Part shown: one piece after another, positions 8,402-17,729 of the stretch
Numbering within the stretch: the first letter of the stretch is position 1
Layout: every line of letters starts with the position of its first letter
From: a virus
Taxonomy: Duplodnaviria > Caudoviricetes
Length of the DNA stretch: 64,000 nt
Virus record (IMG/VR): IMGVR_UViG_2597490183_000004
Coordinates: 20,843 to 84,842 of that record
Reading direction: 5' to 3' (one strand)
The notes under the pieces: model-generated
Told to the model about the DNA's origin: nothing
The model's database searches: none
The model's input: the letters and a program-made list of their open reading frames with translations, nothing else
Translations under genes and position numbers: made by a program

Positions 8402-8463
8402 TTGACAACTCCTTCGAAGGAGGTCATGGTTAACCCATCGCCTCCTCCTTCGAAGGAGTCAAC
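8402..8463 (+). promoter_or_regulatory. transfer-operon promoter with two GntR operators
   Basis: TTGACA 8402, operator 8409-8422 in the spacer, CATGGT -10 at 8425, second operator 8445-8458. Confidence 0.75.
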
Positions 8464-8484
8464 CGGCTAGCTATTGGAGATCGA

Positions 8485-8727
8485 ATGACGACCGACACCA
8501 GGGGCCACGAGCCCACCCCGGGCGATGAGCTGCTGACTGCCAAGCAGATCGCCGAGATCATGAAGGTCCACGTGGCGACCGTCTACCGCCTCGCGGACAG
8601 CGGCGAGCTGCGCGCCATGCGGTTCGGCCGGGGAGAGAGCCGGCGGCGAGGCTTCCGGTGCTGGAAGTCAGTCGTCCTGGACTTCATGCGCGACTCGGAA
8701 TATCCCGCCGAGGAGGTGGCGGCATGA
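8485..8727 (+). CDS. xis: excisionase-like HTH protein
   Basis: LLTAKQIAEIMKVHVATVYRLADSGELRAMR HTH_17 pattern. Confidence 0.75.
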   Translation: MTTDTRGHEPTPGDELLTAKQIAEIMKVHVATVYRLADSGELRAMRFGRGESRRRGFRCWKSVVLDFMRDSEYPAEEVAA

Positions 8728-8891
8728 CTCCGCCGATTACCCCGCCGCCCGCCCCGATGTCTGCTGCGGATGAGGCCGCCCACGAGGCCGGCTCGTATGT
8801 CCGCCGCCCGGCCCAGGTCTCCCAGGACTCCCCGATCCCGCCCGCGGACCCGGCTGCCCGCCGGCGCTTCGTACAGCAGCGGGGGTGGTGA
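8724..8891 (+). CDS. small hypothetical protein
   Basis: GAGGAGG RBS, ATGA coupling. Confidence 0.5.
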   Translation: MTPPITPPPAPMSAADEAAHEAGSYVRRPAQVSQDSPIPPADPAARRRFVQQRGW

Positions 8892-8893
8892 CC

Positions 8894-9085
8894 ATGCTGG
8901 CTCCGGCGTTCGCGTTCGACGAGCAGAACCGGGCGGAGGGCTTGGCCGTCCGCGCCCAGGAGATCACGACGACTCCCGACCACCCGTCGGCCGGCTCCCT
9001 CCACCTGTACCAGGAGTCTGCTCGGGCGGCGTTTGAGGCGGCTGCCGCGCACGCGGTTCAGCCCGATGAGGGTTGGCGGTCGTGA
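8894..9085 (+). CDS. small hypothetical protein
   Basis: coupled ORF with GC3 bias. Confidence 0.5.
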   Translation: MLAPAFAFDEQNRAEGLAVRAQEITTTPDHPSAGSLHLYQESARAAFEAAAAHAVQPDEGWRS

Positions 9086-9272
9086 CCGCCGCCGAGTACG
9101 AGGCGCTGCGCCGGAAGGTCGCTGAGGCGAACGAGCGCAGCCGCAACAACAGCGGCAAGTAGCACCCCCTAGTCCGCCGCTCCTGCCCGGTGTCCGACCC
9201 CCGTCCCGGGCGGGAGCGGCTTCCCACCCCCACCTCTTCTTTCACCCCACCACCCAACCGAAGGGCACCCCC

Positions 9273-9584
9273 ATGTCTCCGTACCTGATGTCCACGTCCA
9301 CCCTGGCCGCTCTTTCCGATGGCGACGACGCCGCCACGGACGAGCTCGCCGCCCGCCGTCGGGCCAATACGACCGTTGCCCAGGCCCAGCTGGCCGCCGT
9401 GGTCGCCGATCCGGACCGTCTGAGCGTGAACCTGCTGACCGAGTTCCGGGCCGCCTGGTCCACCGGCGACCACGACCAGATGTCGGCGGTGATGCTCGCC
9501 GCGATCGACCTGGACCGGGCGGCTCCGGGTGCCCCGCGGCTGATGGACGAGATCCGCGGCCTGTCGACGCCGGCTGCCGCCTGA
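9273..9584 (+). CDS. hypothetical protein (plasmid/AICE accessory type)
   Basis: GAAGGG RBS; GC3 bias. Confidence 0.7.
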   Translation: MSPYLMSTSTLAALSDGDDAATDELAARRRANTTVAQAQLAAVVADPDRLSVNLLTEFRAAWSTGDHDQMSAVMLAAIDLDRAAPGAPRLMDEIRGLSTPAAA

Positions 9585-9678
9585 CCCCCGGGCTGCCCTG
9601 TCGTCCCCAACCCCGTGTTGGTGGCGGCGGAGTGGCCCGGGAACCACCCGGACCCAACACCCCACCAAGGAGAACCGA

Positions 9679-9858
9679 ATGCCGAAGTTCCGCAGCACCC
9701 GCGACTACACCGCCGCCCGCGAGAGCGGTGACACCGAGACGGCCAGCCGGATCGTCAACGACCTCACCGCCCGGGTCGCGTCCGGGCAGGCGACCCCGGC
9801 CGAGCTCCACGAGGTGTACGACGCCAACCAGAGCACCCCGCTCGCCGACCCGAAGTAG
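9679..9858 (+). CDS. small hypothetical protein (59 aa, not in ORF track)
   Basis: AAGGAG RBS, MPKFRSTRDY...LADPK*. Confidence 0.65.
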   Translation: MPKFRSTRDYTAARESGDTETASRIVNDLTARVASGQATPAELHEVYDANQSTPLADPK

Positions 9859-9947
9859 CCACAACAGCCCCGGCATCCAGCCGTGAGGGCGCGGGAATCT
9901 CGCCCGGGGCGCTCCCGCACCATCCCAACCAGTCAGAGGAGAAACCC

Positions 9948-10124
9948 ATGTTCGGACGGAAGAACAGCCCCAGTGCCGCAGAGGTTGCCACCCGCAGCGC
10001 GCAGGTCGTCGGCAGGACCGTCGCCGGTGACAAGGGCGGCAAGGTCGCCAACAAGGTCACCGGGGCCCTGGGGTTGGGCCGGATCGAGCAGTGCTCCGAC
10101 CCGAAGTGCTCCGACTGCAACTGA
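9948..10124 (+). CDS. small hypothetical protein (58 aa, C-terminal CSDPKCSDC)
   Basis: GAGGAG RBS, MFGRK start. Confidence 0.65.
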   Translation: MFGRKNSPSAAEVATRSAQVVGRTVAGDKGGKVANKVTGALGLGRIEQCSDPKCSDCN

Positions 10125-10143
10125 CCGCGTCTAGGAGGTTCCT

Positions 10144-10452
10144 GTGCACCCGTACCTGATTACTGCGAAGCCCGGCTGGTTCCGGCGCACGGCTGCCGGG
10201 GTGCGGGTGTGGACTCTCCGACTCCTGGCCCTGCTGGTGATGACCGTGCTGGGCGCGGTGGTCCTCACCGTCCGCTGCGCCCGGCCGGTCGTCAACTACC
10301 TGGCCACCCGGCTGATCTTCCTCGAACTGTGGGCCGCCCAGCGTTTGGGCCGGCCCCCGGTCAGCGGGTTCATCGGGGCGGGGATCACCGACGAGTTCGT
10401 CCGAGAGTTCCACCGTGCCCGCCAACACGCCACCGCTGGGAGCCCCACATGA
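10144..10452 (+). CDS. membrane protein
   Basis: AGGAGG RBS; hydrophobic segment. Confidence 0.6.
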   Translation: MHPYLITAKPGWFRRTAAGVRVWTLRLLALLVMTVLGAVVLTVRCARPVVNYLATRLIFLELWAAQRLGRPPVSGFIGAGITDEFVREFHRARQHATAGSPT

Positions 10453-10853
10453 ACCGCTTGCCCCGCCCGATTGCCGACCTGGTCTGCCTTACCCGGGACC
10501 TTGTCCGCCACCCGCGGATGGTGTTGCTGAATCGGGGCCACCACCGGTGGATGAGTGCCGGTGTCATCGCCGCCGCAGCCGTCACCTCGACCGGCACCCC
10601 GGCTGGTCACCACATCCTCGCCGCCGCGTTATTCGTCGCCGGACCGTTCTGGGCGCTCGACATGATCGGCGCCCTCGCCCACGGGCTGTGGCAGTCGGGG
10701 CGGATCTGGTCGGACCTGGAGTGCCAGTGCTGCGGCGACGACCCCGACGACGAAGACGACAACCCCGACCCGGACCAGCCGGAAGGCGACGGCGGCTTCA
10801 CCGCCGACGACGAAGCCTGGCTCAAGGGCCACTCCATCACCTGCAACGCCTGA
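10449..10853 (+). CDS. membrane protein with acidic tail
   Basis: ATGA coupling; 2 TM, ECQCC then DE-rich tail. Confidence 0.6.
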   Translation: MNRLPRPIADLVCLTRDLVRHPRMVLLNRGHHRWMSAGVIAAAAVTSTGTPAGHHILAAALFVAGPFWALDMIGALAHGLWQSGRIWSDLECQCCGDDPDDEDDNPDPDQPEGDGGFTADDEAWLKGHSITCNA

Positions 10854-10876
10854 CCCGAAAGGAACGAACCCCCGTG

Positions 10877-12172
10877 ATGACCAGCCCGCCCCAGGTGAAC
10901 GGCCACCCGCGCCCCACCTCCGAGCCCCGGTTCGATCCGGTCGCGCTCGCCGAGGCGGACGCCATCCGCGCCAAGGCGGAGGCCGACGCCGAGGCCGCCC
11001 GGATCAAGGCCAAGGGTGAAGCCGATGCCGCCCGCACCCTCGCCGCCGAGGAGGCCGAGAAGCTGCGCCTCGCCAACGAGCGGGCCAGGCTGGCGCAGGA
11101 ACGCAAGCAGGTCGACCACGACGCCTACGTCGCAAAGAAGGCGGCCGAGACCGCCAAAGCCAACACGGAGAAGGAGAAGGCCGAGAAGGCCGACGCTGAC
11201 CGTGAAGCCGCCGAGGCCAAGCGGGAGGCGGAGCAGGAGCGGTCCGAGCTCTGGTGGAAGTGGGGCGCCCGCGCCATCTACGCCACCGGAATGATCATCG
11301 CCGGGCCGGTGCAGTTCATGCACTTCTGGGACCCCAAGCGCCCCTTCCTCGTCGCAGCCCCCGCCCTCCTGGAAGGCTTCGCTCTCGTTCTCGCGTTCGG
11401 TGCCGCGTGGGCGGTCGCCAACCGGCGGGACGTCGCCCCCTACCGCATCGGGATCATGGCCGGTGCAGTCATTGCCGCAGTCGTCAACCTTCACGGCGGG
11501 ATCTCCGACGATCGCATCGGACTCAACGCCGGCCTCATCGGCGCCATCGCCTCCCTCGGCGGCCCGCTCGTCCTCATGGCCTACGAACACGGCAAGGCCC
11601 AGAAGGCCGACGGGATCCCCTCCTGGAGGGAGCGCCGGGCTGTCGCGCGCGCCCAGTCCGAGGCTGCCGCAGCCCGCAAGAGGGAGCAGCTGGAGCGCCA
11701 GGCCGCGGAGCATGCCGCAGAGGCCGACCGGAAGTTCGCCGAGTCTCGGGCCAGGGAGGAGCAGGAGCGGCGCGACGCCGACCGGAAGAGCGGCCACCCG
11801 AAGGTGTGGGAGGTCGCCGAAGCGATTAGGTCCGCCCGCGGTTCGCAGTACGTCACGGAGCAGATCTGGACCGAGGCGTGGGGGCGTGTCACCGGCTCGA
11901 AGACCGTCGGGATCACCCCAGAAATCGAGGCGCAGTCACGGGGTGCTGAGGCCCGTATGCAGGCCGCTACGAAGACCCCGTTTTTTGGTGAGTTTTCGCT
12001 GATCAATTCCCATCGACCCCCCAAGCCGAAGAGGGACCCGAACGCCCCCGACGGGCGCCGCGGAAACGGGGGCGTGCCGCCTCGTCGCCGGGCCGGTGAC
12101 ACGCCGCCTCCCAGCCCCCTCGCGCGCAACCAGGCACGCATCGAACGGACCTCCACCGAGGAGCAGAAGTGA
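10877..12172 (+). CDS. DUF2637/SpdB-like multi-pass membrane protein with coiled coils (spread/transfer accessory)
   Basis: AEK-rich coiled coil, about 4 TM segments, directly upstream of traB. Confidence 0.7.
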   Translation: MTSPPQVNGHPRPTSEPRFDPVALAEADAIRAKAEADAEAARIKAKGEADAARTLAAEEAEKLRLANERARLAQERKQVDHDAYVAKKAAETAKANTEKEKAEKADADREAAEAKREAEQERSELWWKWGARAIYATGMIIAGPVQFMHFWDPKRPFLVAAPALLEGFALVLAFGAAWAVANRRDVAPYRIGIMAGAVIAAVVNLHGGISDDRIGLNAGLIGAIASLGGPLVLMAYEHGKAQKADGIPSWRERRAVARAQSEAAAARKREQLERQAAEHAAEADRKFAESRAREEQERRDADRKSGHPKVWEVAEAIRSARGSQYVTEQIWTEAWGRVTGSKTVGITPEIEAQSRGAEARMQAATKTPFFGEFSLINSHRPPKPKRDPNAPDGRRGNGGVPPRRRAGDTPPPSPLARNQARIERTSTEEQK

Positions 12173-14265
12173 GCACCGAAGCTGAGCCGCTGACCGTCCC
12201 CGCTGAGTGGGCCGAGCACGTTATCCCCGGGCAGCTCATCCACAACGCGGACGGCACCGTCGACGACATTGCCCCCGGTGTCCTGGTCCCGTTCCCGGAC
12301 CGCACCCCGGTCCTCTCTCGTGCCGGGTCGGCGGCCATGGTTGTCGCCTCCGTCACCGGGCGAGCTGTTGGCCTCACCGCCTACGGATCGTTGGTCGCCG
12401 GCGGATGGTTTTGGGCCGGGCTCAAAGCCGGGACGTACCTCGGGTACCGGTACGTGCGCGCCAAGGACCTTCAGGATGTCCTCGGCGGGATGAACAAGTC
12501 CGCCGACTGGAACAAGGTCGGCCAGGTCCGCCGATCCCGCTGGCGGTTTCTCGGCTACGCCACTGGTGTCACCGCCGCCCTCAACGTCGCCGGATGGATC
12601 GCCCTCGTCGCCGGCGCCGGAATGACCGCCCTCGACTACTCGTGGATGATCCCCCCGGCCATCACCGCGGCCATAGCCGCCACCGCCACCGCCCTCTACG
12701 GGCGGTACCGGCTCAACGCCCCCGGCCTTGAAGCCGGGCAGGTCATCGCCGAGCAGGACGCGGTCGGATCCGACGAGCCGTTCCCTCTGTCGTACTGCGT
12801 CGGCGGCGAGCAGGTCATTGACTGCCTGTCCCGAGCCCTCGCGGCTCACGGGATCGGCACCAGGGCGATCACCATCGTTGGTGCGAGGAACTGGGGTTGG
12901 GAGCTCGACGTCACTCTGCAGGGCTCCACCCCGGGCAAGGTCATGGCCGTGGCCGACGACCTCGAATCCGACCTGGGCCTTCCCGACGGCGGTTTCATGA
13001 TGGAGCCCGACACCACAGACAAGTCCCGCATCACCACCCGCCTCGTCCAGTCCAACCCGTTCGCCGACATGCCCGCCCCGGCCGTTCACGCCCCGCGGTC
13101 CCTGTCGGTTCACGACGTGGTCGTCATGGGGCGCACCATGGACGGGTCACCGTTCGAGCTCACCCTCGACGGGTTCTGCGCCCTGATCATTGGCGCGATG
13201 GGCGCAGGCAAGACCCTCGGGGCGCTGCGGGCGATCAACGAGGCGCTCACCGCCTGCCGGGACGCAACCGTGTGGGACCTCGACCCGATCAAGGGCGGGC
13301 TGTCCGAGTTCGGCGACCTCATGTCCCGCCGGGCCCGGACCCCGGAGGAGTGCGAGGAGGCACTTGAGGAGGCGCTCTCCTACGTGTCCGCCCGCCGTCA
13401 CCTCATGGACAGCCTGAAGATGGGCGACCGGTGGCACGCCACCGAGACGCACCCGAACCTGTACATCAACGTTGACGAGTTCATCCAGCTCAGCCCTCGC
13501 GGCAAGGATCTGCTGGTCAAGATCCTGCGGACCGGTCGCCAGTACGGCATCTACCTGATCATGGCCGGGCAGGAAGCAACCGCCGACGCCCTCGGTGACG
13601 CCGTTGCCATGCTGATTGCGTACCGGCTCCTCATGGCGTGCCGTTTCGAGGACATCAAGATCGCCTTCGGGCCTGGGGCGGGCAAGGAAGGCTGGCGCCC
13701 TGACCGCATGAAGCCCGCAGTTGGCCCCGTCGCCAACGACGCAGGCCAGGCCATGATTATGGGCGGCACGTTCAACCGGGCCATCCGCTACCAGTTCGCC
13801 AAGTACACCCGCGACCAGATCGCAGCAGCCGTGCCCGCGCGCGTCGCCGCCGGCGTCACCGCCATGGACTCCGAAACCCTCCTCAAGGCCGGAGTCGCCC
13901 TCGCCGGCAGCAGCCAGCGGATGAACCTTGCCGACCGGCTCGAAGCCTTCGCCCAGCAGGGTGGCGTGGATGATGCCTACCTCGTGGCAGCGCTGCTGCG
14001 GGCGTTCGACGAGACGGGCCGCGGCTTCCTCCCGACGAACGAGGTGCTGCTCCCCGCCATCACTGGCGCGGGCATCAAGGACATCGACGCGACCAGCCTG
14101 TCGACGAAGCTCCGCAAGCATGCCCCCGGCGTCAAGTCCGACCGCACGGACTGCCCCGAGGGGGCCTACCTCCGAGGGTGGCGCCGAGACGACGTTGAGA
14201 AGGCCGCGGCCGGCCTTCTGGACCCGGTGGAGACCCGGCAGAACCTCGGCAAGAGGGCGGCGTAG
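12169..14265 (+). CDS. traB: TraB-like FtsK/SpoIIIE conjugative DNA translocase
   Basis: N-terminal TMs, Walker A GAMGAGKT, Walker B INVDEF, GRQYGIYLIMAGQ, C-terminal wHTH (GWRR). Confidence 0.8.
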   Translation: MSTEAEPLTVPAEWAEHVIPGQLIHNADGTVDDIAPGVLVPFPDRTPVLSRAGSAAMVVASVTGRAVGLTAYGSLVAGGWFWAGLKAGTYLGYRYVRAKDLQDVLGGMNKSADWNKVGQVRRSRWRFLGYATGVTAALNVAGWIALVAGAGMTALDYSWMIPPAITAAIAATATALYGRYRLNAPGLEAGQVIAEQDAVGSDEPFPLSYCVGGEQVIDCLSRALAAHGIGTRAITIVGARNWGWELDVTLQGSTPGKVMAVADDLESDLGLPDGGFMMEPDTTDKSRITTRLVQSNPFADMPAPAVHAPRSLSVHDVVVMGRTMDGSPFELTLDGFCALIIGAMGAGKTLGALRAINEALTACRDATVWDLDPIKGGLSEFGDLMSRRARTPEECEEALEEALSYVSARRHLMDSLKMGDRWHATETHPNLYINVDEFIQLSPRGKDLLVKILRTGRQYGIYLIMAGQEATADALGDAVAMLIAYRLLMACRFEDIKIAFGPGAGKEGWRPDRMKPAVGPVANDAGQAMIMGGTFNRAIRYQFAKYTRDQIAAAVPARVAAGVTAMDSETLLKAGVALAGSSQRMNLADRLEAFAQQGGVDDAYLVAALLRAFDETGRGFLPTNEVLLPAITGAGIKDIDATSLSTKLRKHAPGVKSDRTDCPEGAYLRGWRRDDVEKAAAGLLDPVETRQNLGKRAA

Positions 14266-14360
14266 ACCCGGCAGACACCCGGCGACACCCGTTGGCATCA
14301 CCGCAGGTCGCCGGGTGTCTGCCGGGCTCGCGCCGGGGTCCCGCCGGGCATCTGCCGCCC
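14221..14360. repeat. clt-like repeat cluster with 20-bp perfect inverted repeat
   Basis: (G/C)ACCCGG direct repeats at 14221, 14232, 14265, 14276; IR 14267-14286/14307-14326. Confidence 0.6.
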
Positions 14361-14404
14361 CATTGATCCACATATGTGAAGTCTGACGAGAGGATCCGCC
14401 GATC

Positions 14405-15190
14405 ATGCCCGCGAAGACCACCACCGCCACCCGGAAGCCAGCCGCCCGCCGCCGGAAGCCCGTCCCGCGCGCCCGCATCGGCAAAGGCCTCAAGGTACCG
14501 AAAACGGTGCCGCTTCACGCCCAGCTCGGCATGCGCATGGCCCTGATCGCCGCCTCCCAGATGGACGCCCACAAGACCACCGTCATGACCCGCAAAGACG
14601 CCGCGATCCTCCGCATGACCCACGAAGGGTGCCCCACCTGCCACGGCAACGGGCAACTCTTCACCAAGGACAAGAAGACCGGGGCCTTCAGCGGATCCAA
14701 GCCCTGCCCCGCCAAACCCACCAAGGCGAAGGCCAGCCGGGTCAAGGTCGCCCTCGCAGCCCGGTTCAGCCCCGACAAACGCACCGGGCTCGTCGGCTGG
14801 ACCTGCCCCTGCGGCAAGAAGGAGAAGCCGAAGTTCCGGGACGCCAAGGAAGCCACGAAGGCACTCCGCGACCACGAGAAGAAGAAGCACGGCGGGAAGT
14901 CCGTCGGCGGCGCCTGGTACGGGCAAGGCGTCGACCAGCCGGCCACCGAACCCAAACCCGTCACGGCGGGGGAGCCGGTCACCAAGACCGACACCAGCAC
15001 GTCCATGACCGACACCGAGTGGGAAGCGCAGAACACCCCACTCTCCCCGGCAGCCGCCGAGAAGAAGGGCCTCTGCTACTGCTGCGGCGGCCAGGGCGCC
15101 CTCTATTCCGCATTCGGCGGCGAGCGCATTACCACCGTCTGCCCCATCTGCCGCGGCACGGGCAAACCCGCCGCCGCCTCGACCAGCTAG
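14405..15190 (+). CDS. Lys-rich zinc-finger protein (DnaJ-like CxxCxGxG motifs)
   Basis: CPTCHGNG, CPC, CYCCGGQG, CPICRGTG. Confidence 0.75.
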   Translation: MPAKTTTATRKPAARRRKPVPRARIGKGLKVPKTVPLHAQLGMRMALIAASQMDAHKTTVMTRKDAAILRMTHEGCPTCHGNGQLFTKDKKTGAFSGSKPCPAKPTKAKASRVKVALAARFSPDKRTGLVGWTCPCGKKEKPKFRDAKEATKALRDHEKKKHGGKSVGGAWYGQGVDQPATEPKPVTAGEPVTKTDTSTSMTDTEWEAQNTPLSPAAAEKKGLCYCCGGQGALYSAFGGERITTVCPICRGTGKPAAASTS

Positions 15191-15199
15191 GAGCCCTTC

Positions 15200-15676
15200 A
15201 TGCAGCTGCCCGAGCAGCCCGTCGCCGGGCAGCCCGACCCCACCATCCGCCGCAACGCTGACCAGCTCATGGCGGCCATCGACGAGATCCAGGCCGAGAA
15301 GGTCACCTCGTACCGCGACACCGCCCCGCTCCCCGCGGTCGGCCCCACCCCGCCCGTACCCCAACCCGGCCCGCCCCCGATGTCGCAGTGGGCGGTCAAC
15401 GCCAGCGGAGTCATCAAGGCCGTGTCCGTCGCCTCGCTGCCGGTCGGTGGCGCCCTGTGGATCGTCGGCCAGGTCGATCCGTGGGCCCTCGGCATCATTC
15501 TCGGCTCGCCGGCCGTCGCCGCACTCGCCGTCGCCCGGCTCGTCGCGAAGGTCAAAGACGCCAACCAGGCGACCCAGCCCGTCGTGCAGAACTACTACGG
15601 CAACGTCCACCACGACGAGCGCACCGTCACCAGCACCACCCGCGGCGTCATCGCCAACACCCGCAACCACCACTGA
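15200..15676 (+). CDS. membrane protein (transfer-region accessory)
   Basis: AGGAG RBS; Pro-rich region plus 2 TM. Confidence 0.7.
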   Translation: MQLPEQPVAGQPDPTIRRNADQLMAAIDEIQAEKVTSYRDTAPLPAVGPTPPVPQPGPPPMSQWAVNASGVIKAVSVASLPVGGALWIVGQVDPWALGIILGSPAVAALAVARLVAKVKDANQATQPVVQNYYGNVHHDERTVTSTTRGVIANTRNHH

Positions 15677-15686
15677 AGGAGACCCC

Positions 15687-16040
15687 ATGGGCAAGTACAC
15701 CGGCCGAATGCCCGTCGACATGCTCAACGACAAGCAGATCCGCCCCACCGAGTACCGCAAGTGGCGGCACGCCCAGGACCGGTTCGCCCGCCGCAACAAG
15801 GACCGGCAGATCATCGACAACCTGCTCGACACCATCCCCAAGCGCGGGCTCCAGGTGCCTATCCAGCTCGGCATCAGCGAGCGCCACCCGACCGACGTGT
15901 ACGTCGCCGACGGACACCACCGGGCCGTCGCGTTGATGGAGCTCGGCGCCGACAACTTCCCGTTCCACTGGTACTGGATCGGCAACCGGGGTGTCCGATG
16001 GGAGACCGAACCGTTCCCGTACCACGTCCTCGGGCTGTAA
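15687..16040 (+). CDS. ParB/Sulfiredoxin N-terminal-like protein
   Basis: I.KRGLQVPI.L......VYVADGHHRAVAL.ELG motif. Confidence 0.7.
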   Translation: MGKYTGRMPVDMLNDKQIRPTEYRKWRHAQDRFARRNKDRQIIDNLLDTIPKRGLQVPIQLGISERHPTDVYVADGHHRAVALMELGADNFPFHWYWIGNRGVRWETEPFPYHVLGL

Positions 16041-16114
16041 CCGGTCAACCAGCATCCCCGGGGGCTGTTGCCAACACCCGGCACGACAACCGCACCTGAG
16101 GAGAGAATGACTCC

Positions 16115-16393
16115 ATGAAGCCGCGACTCACCCACGAAGAGCACATCACCCTGGGGCTGCGCCTCGCCGCCATCCGGAATGAACTGCTGAGCCTGTCCGT
16201 CCAACTCGGCAACGCCTACCCGCGACAAGGTCCCGAAGCCGTTCCGGAGAAGAAGCTGGAGATCGCCTACCGGGCCCTTGACCAGGCGCGCAGTGAGCTG
16301 GAGAACGCCCTCTTCAGGGAGCACCCGAACGTCGCGGAGACGAACGTCTACTACCCGTCACAGGAAGACCGGGAGGCGCACCGGCGGCAGTGA
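16115..16393 (+). CDS. hypothetical protein
   Basis: ORF with RBS, followed by hairpin. Confidence 0.65.
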   Translation: MKPRLTHEEHITLGLRLAAIRNELLSLSVQLGNAYPRQGPEAVPEKKLEIAYRALDQARSELENALFREHPNVAETNVYYPSQEDREAHRRQ

Positions 16394-16403
16394 GACTGTC
16401 CGT

Positions 16404-16586
16404 TCACCGCACGACAAGGCCCCGGACTGTTTGGTCCGGGGCTTTGCGTTTGGCGCGGGCGATCCAGGCCCCGGTGGCGGAGCGGACGGGGCGGAGGGCC
16501 ACGGTCACGGGCATGGCGGCCAGCAGCTCATCCAGGGCGTCCTGGCATTCCTGCTGGGTCTTGCCGTGGACCGTGAACCTCGCCAT
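16404..16586 (-). CDS. small hypothetical protein
   Basis: MARFTVHGKTQQECQDALDEL; 3' end overlaps terminator hairpin at ~16416-16445. Confidence 0.5.
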   Translation of the reverse strand: MARFTVHGKTQQECQDALDELLAAMPVTVALRPVRSATGAWIARAKRKAPDQTVRGLVVR

Positions 16587-16638
16587 GAGGGCATTCTGCC
16601 GGGGGAGCGAGGGTGGCGAGGGCGGAACGGGTGAAGCG

Positions 16639-16905
16639 CTACGGGCAGTCGGGGCGCGTCCGTTCCCTGTCGGCCAGTCGGTCCGCTTCGTCGAGGAGTG
16701 CCCGCGCGGCCTCGTGCTTACCCTCGCCTGCGTACACCTCGGCCCGCTCCCGCAGAATGTCCGCAACCTCGTACAGTGCCGTGCTCGCGGCATGGGTAGC
16801 GGCGATGTCGTAGTGCCGGTCGCCGGTCCAGCCGATCAGCGGGGCCGACGTGAGTGCGTCACGGACCTGCTCGGTCACGTCGTACAAGACAGTCGGGTCA
16901 CTCAT
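16639..16905 (-). CDS. hypothetical protein
   Basis: coupled to upstream DUF6221 gene. Confidence 0.6.
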   Translation of the reverse strand: MSDPTVLYDVTEQVRDALTSAPLIGWTGDRHYDIAATHAASTALYEVADILRERAEVYAGEGKHEAARALLDEADRLADRERTRPDCP

Positions 16906-17309
16906 GACCGCAAAGCCTCCTCGTATCCGGGGTGGTCGCTGTACGGGAGGGCGAGCAGGCGCAGCACCTCGTAAAGGGCGTCCCGCTTGTGGATGGCGGA
17001 AGATTCCTCAAGCTCGGCCATGATCGGATCCCATCCGCTGGTGCGCGCCTTCTGAACAAGACGTGCCGCCTCCTCCCGCGCACTGACAGTTGCGCTGTAT
17101 GCCGCAAGGGCAGCGCGTTTCGCTTCGACTTCCCGCAGGGTGCGGGCCGGGTCATGGCGGGCTGCTTGGGTGCGTACATCGTCCGACAGGTCGGGCGCGT
17201 AGACCTCCAGGTCCTCGACGGTCCACGTCCCATCGCCTGCACAGGCCCGCGCCACCCGCTCATCGTCGTCGAGTCGGGCCTTCAGGAAGGCCAGCAAGGC
17301 GTCAGTCAT
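16902..17309 (-). CDS. DUF6221-family protein
   Basis: LAFLKARLDDDE...RHDPARTLREVEAKR...LRLLALPYSDHPGY. Confidence 0.8.
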   Translation of the reverse strand: MTDALLAFLKARLDDDERVARACAGDGTWTVEDLEVYAPDLSDDVRTQAARHDPARTLREVEAKRAALAAYSATVSAREEAARLVQKARTSGWDPIMAELEESSAIHKRDALYEVLRLLALPYSDHPGYEEALRS

Positions 17310-17578
17310 GAGTCGTCTCCCTCGGGCTTCAGCTTGCCCACGGTCGGCGGGCGGAGGCGCTCGACTCCCTCGGCGCGGGCGATGCGCCGGAAGTACTCCG
17401 GGGTGAGGCCGGTGAGCTTCGCCAGCTGGCTGACGGTCGCCCCGGCCTTGAGGTCGGCTGCCGCTTGCTCCCGGACGGGGTCCTTGAGCTCGGCTTCGGC
17501 TTCGCGGGCGCGCTTGTAGCGGGCGTAGAGCCGGGTGGCTTCTTCGTCGGGGGCGTAGTCGGTGGCCATAGGGGTCAT
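17306..17578 (-). CDS. small HTH repressor
   Basis: DLKAGATVSQLAKLTGLTPEYFRRIAR HTH; divergent from operator cluster. Confidence 0.7.
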   Translation of the reverse strand: MTPMATDYAPDEEATRLYARYKRAREAEAELKDPVREQAAADLKAGATVSQLAKLTGLTPEYFRRIARAEGVERLRPPTVGKLKPEGDDS

Positions 17579-17581
17579 GGT

Positions 17582-17690
17582 CCCACATTTGTTGGCCACC
17601 GATAAGGCCACCCGGTTGCCCTAGCTAAAGAATCATGATGACCAACGAGTTGGCCTCTTGCATGGGCAACGTGTTGGCCTATATGTTGGA
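17582..17690. promoter_or_regulatory. divergent promoter region with CCAAC-N2-GTTGG operator repeats
   Basis: ACCAACGAGTTGGCC 17641, GGCAACGTGTTGGCC 17665, GGCCACCCGGTTGCC 17606; TTGCAT...TATGTT promoter. Confidence 0.6.
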
Positions 17691-17729
17691 GTCATCGCCA
17701 AGCCGCAGTACACCACCCAGGGGGCACTC

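Noticed and set aside
14132-16324. 730-aa minus-strand ORF (and similar long antisense ORFs at 34215-35951 and 36003-37748)
   Set aside because: Overlap well-supported plus-strand genes; no motifs or RBS
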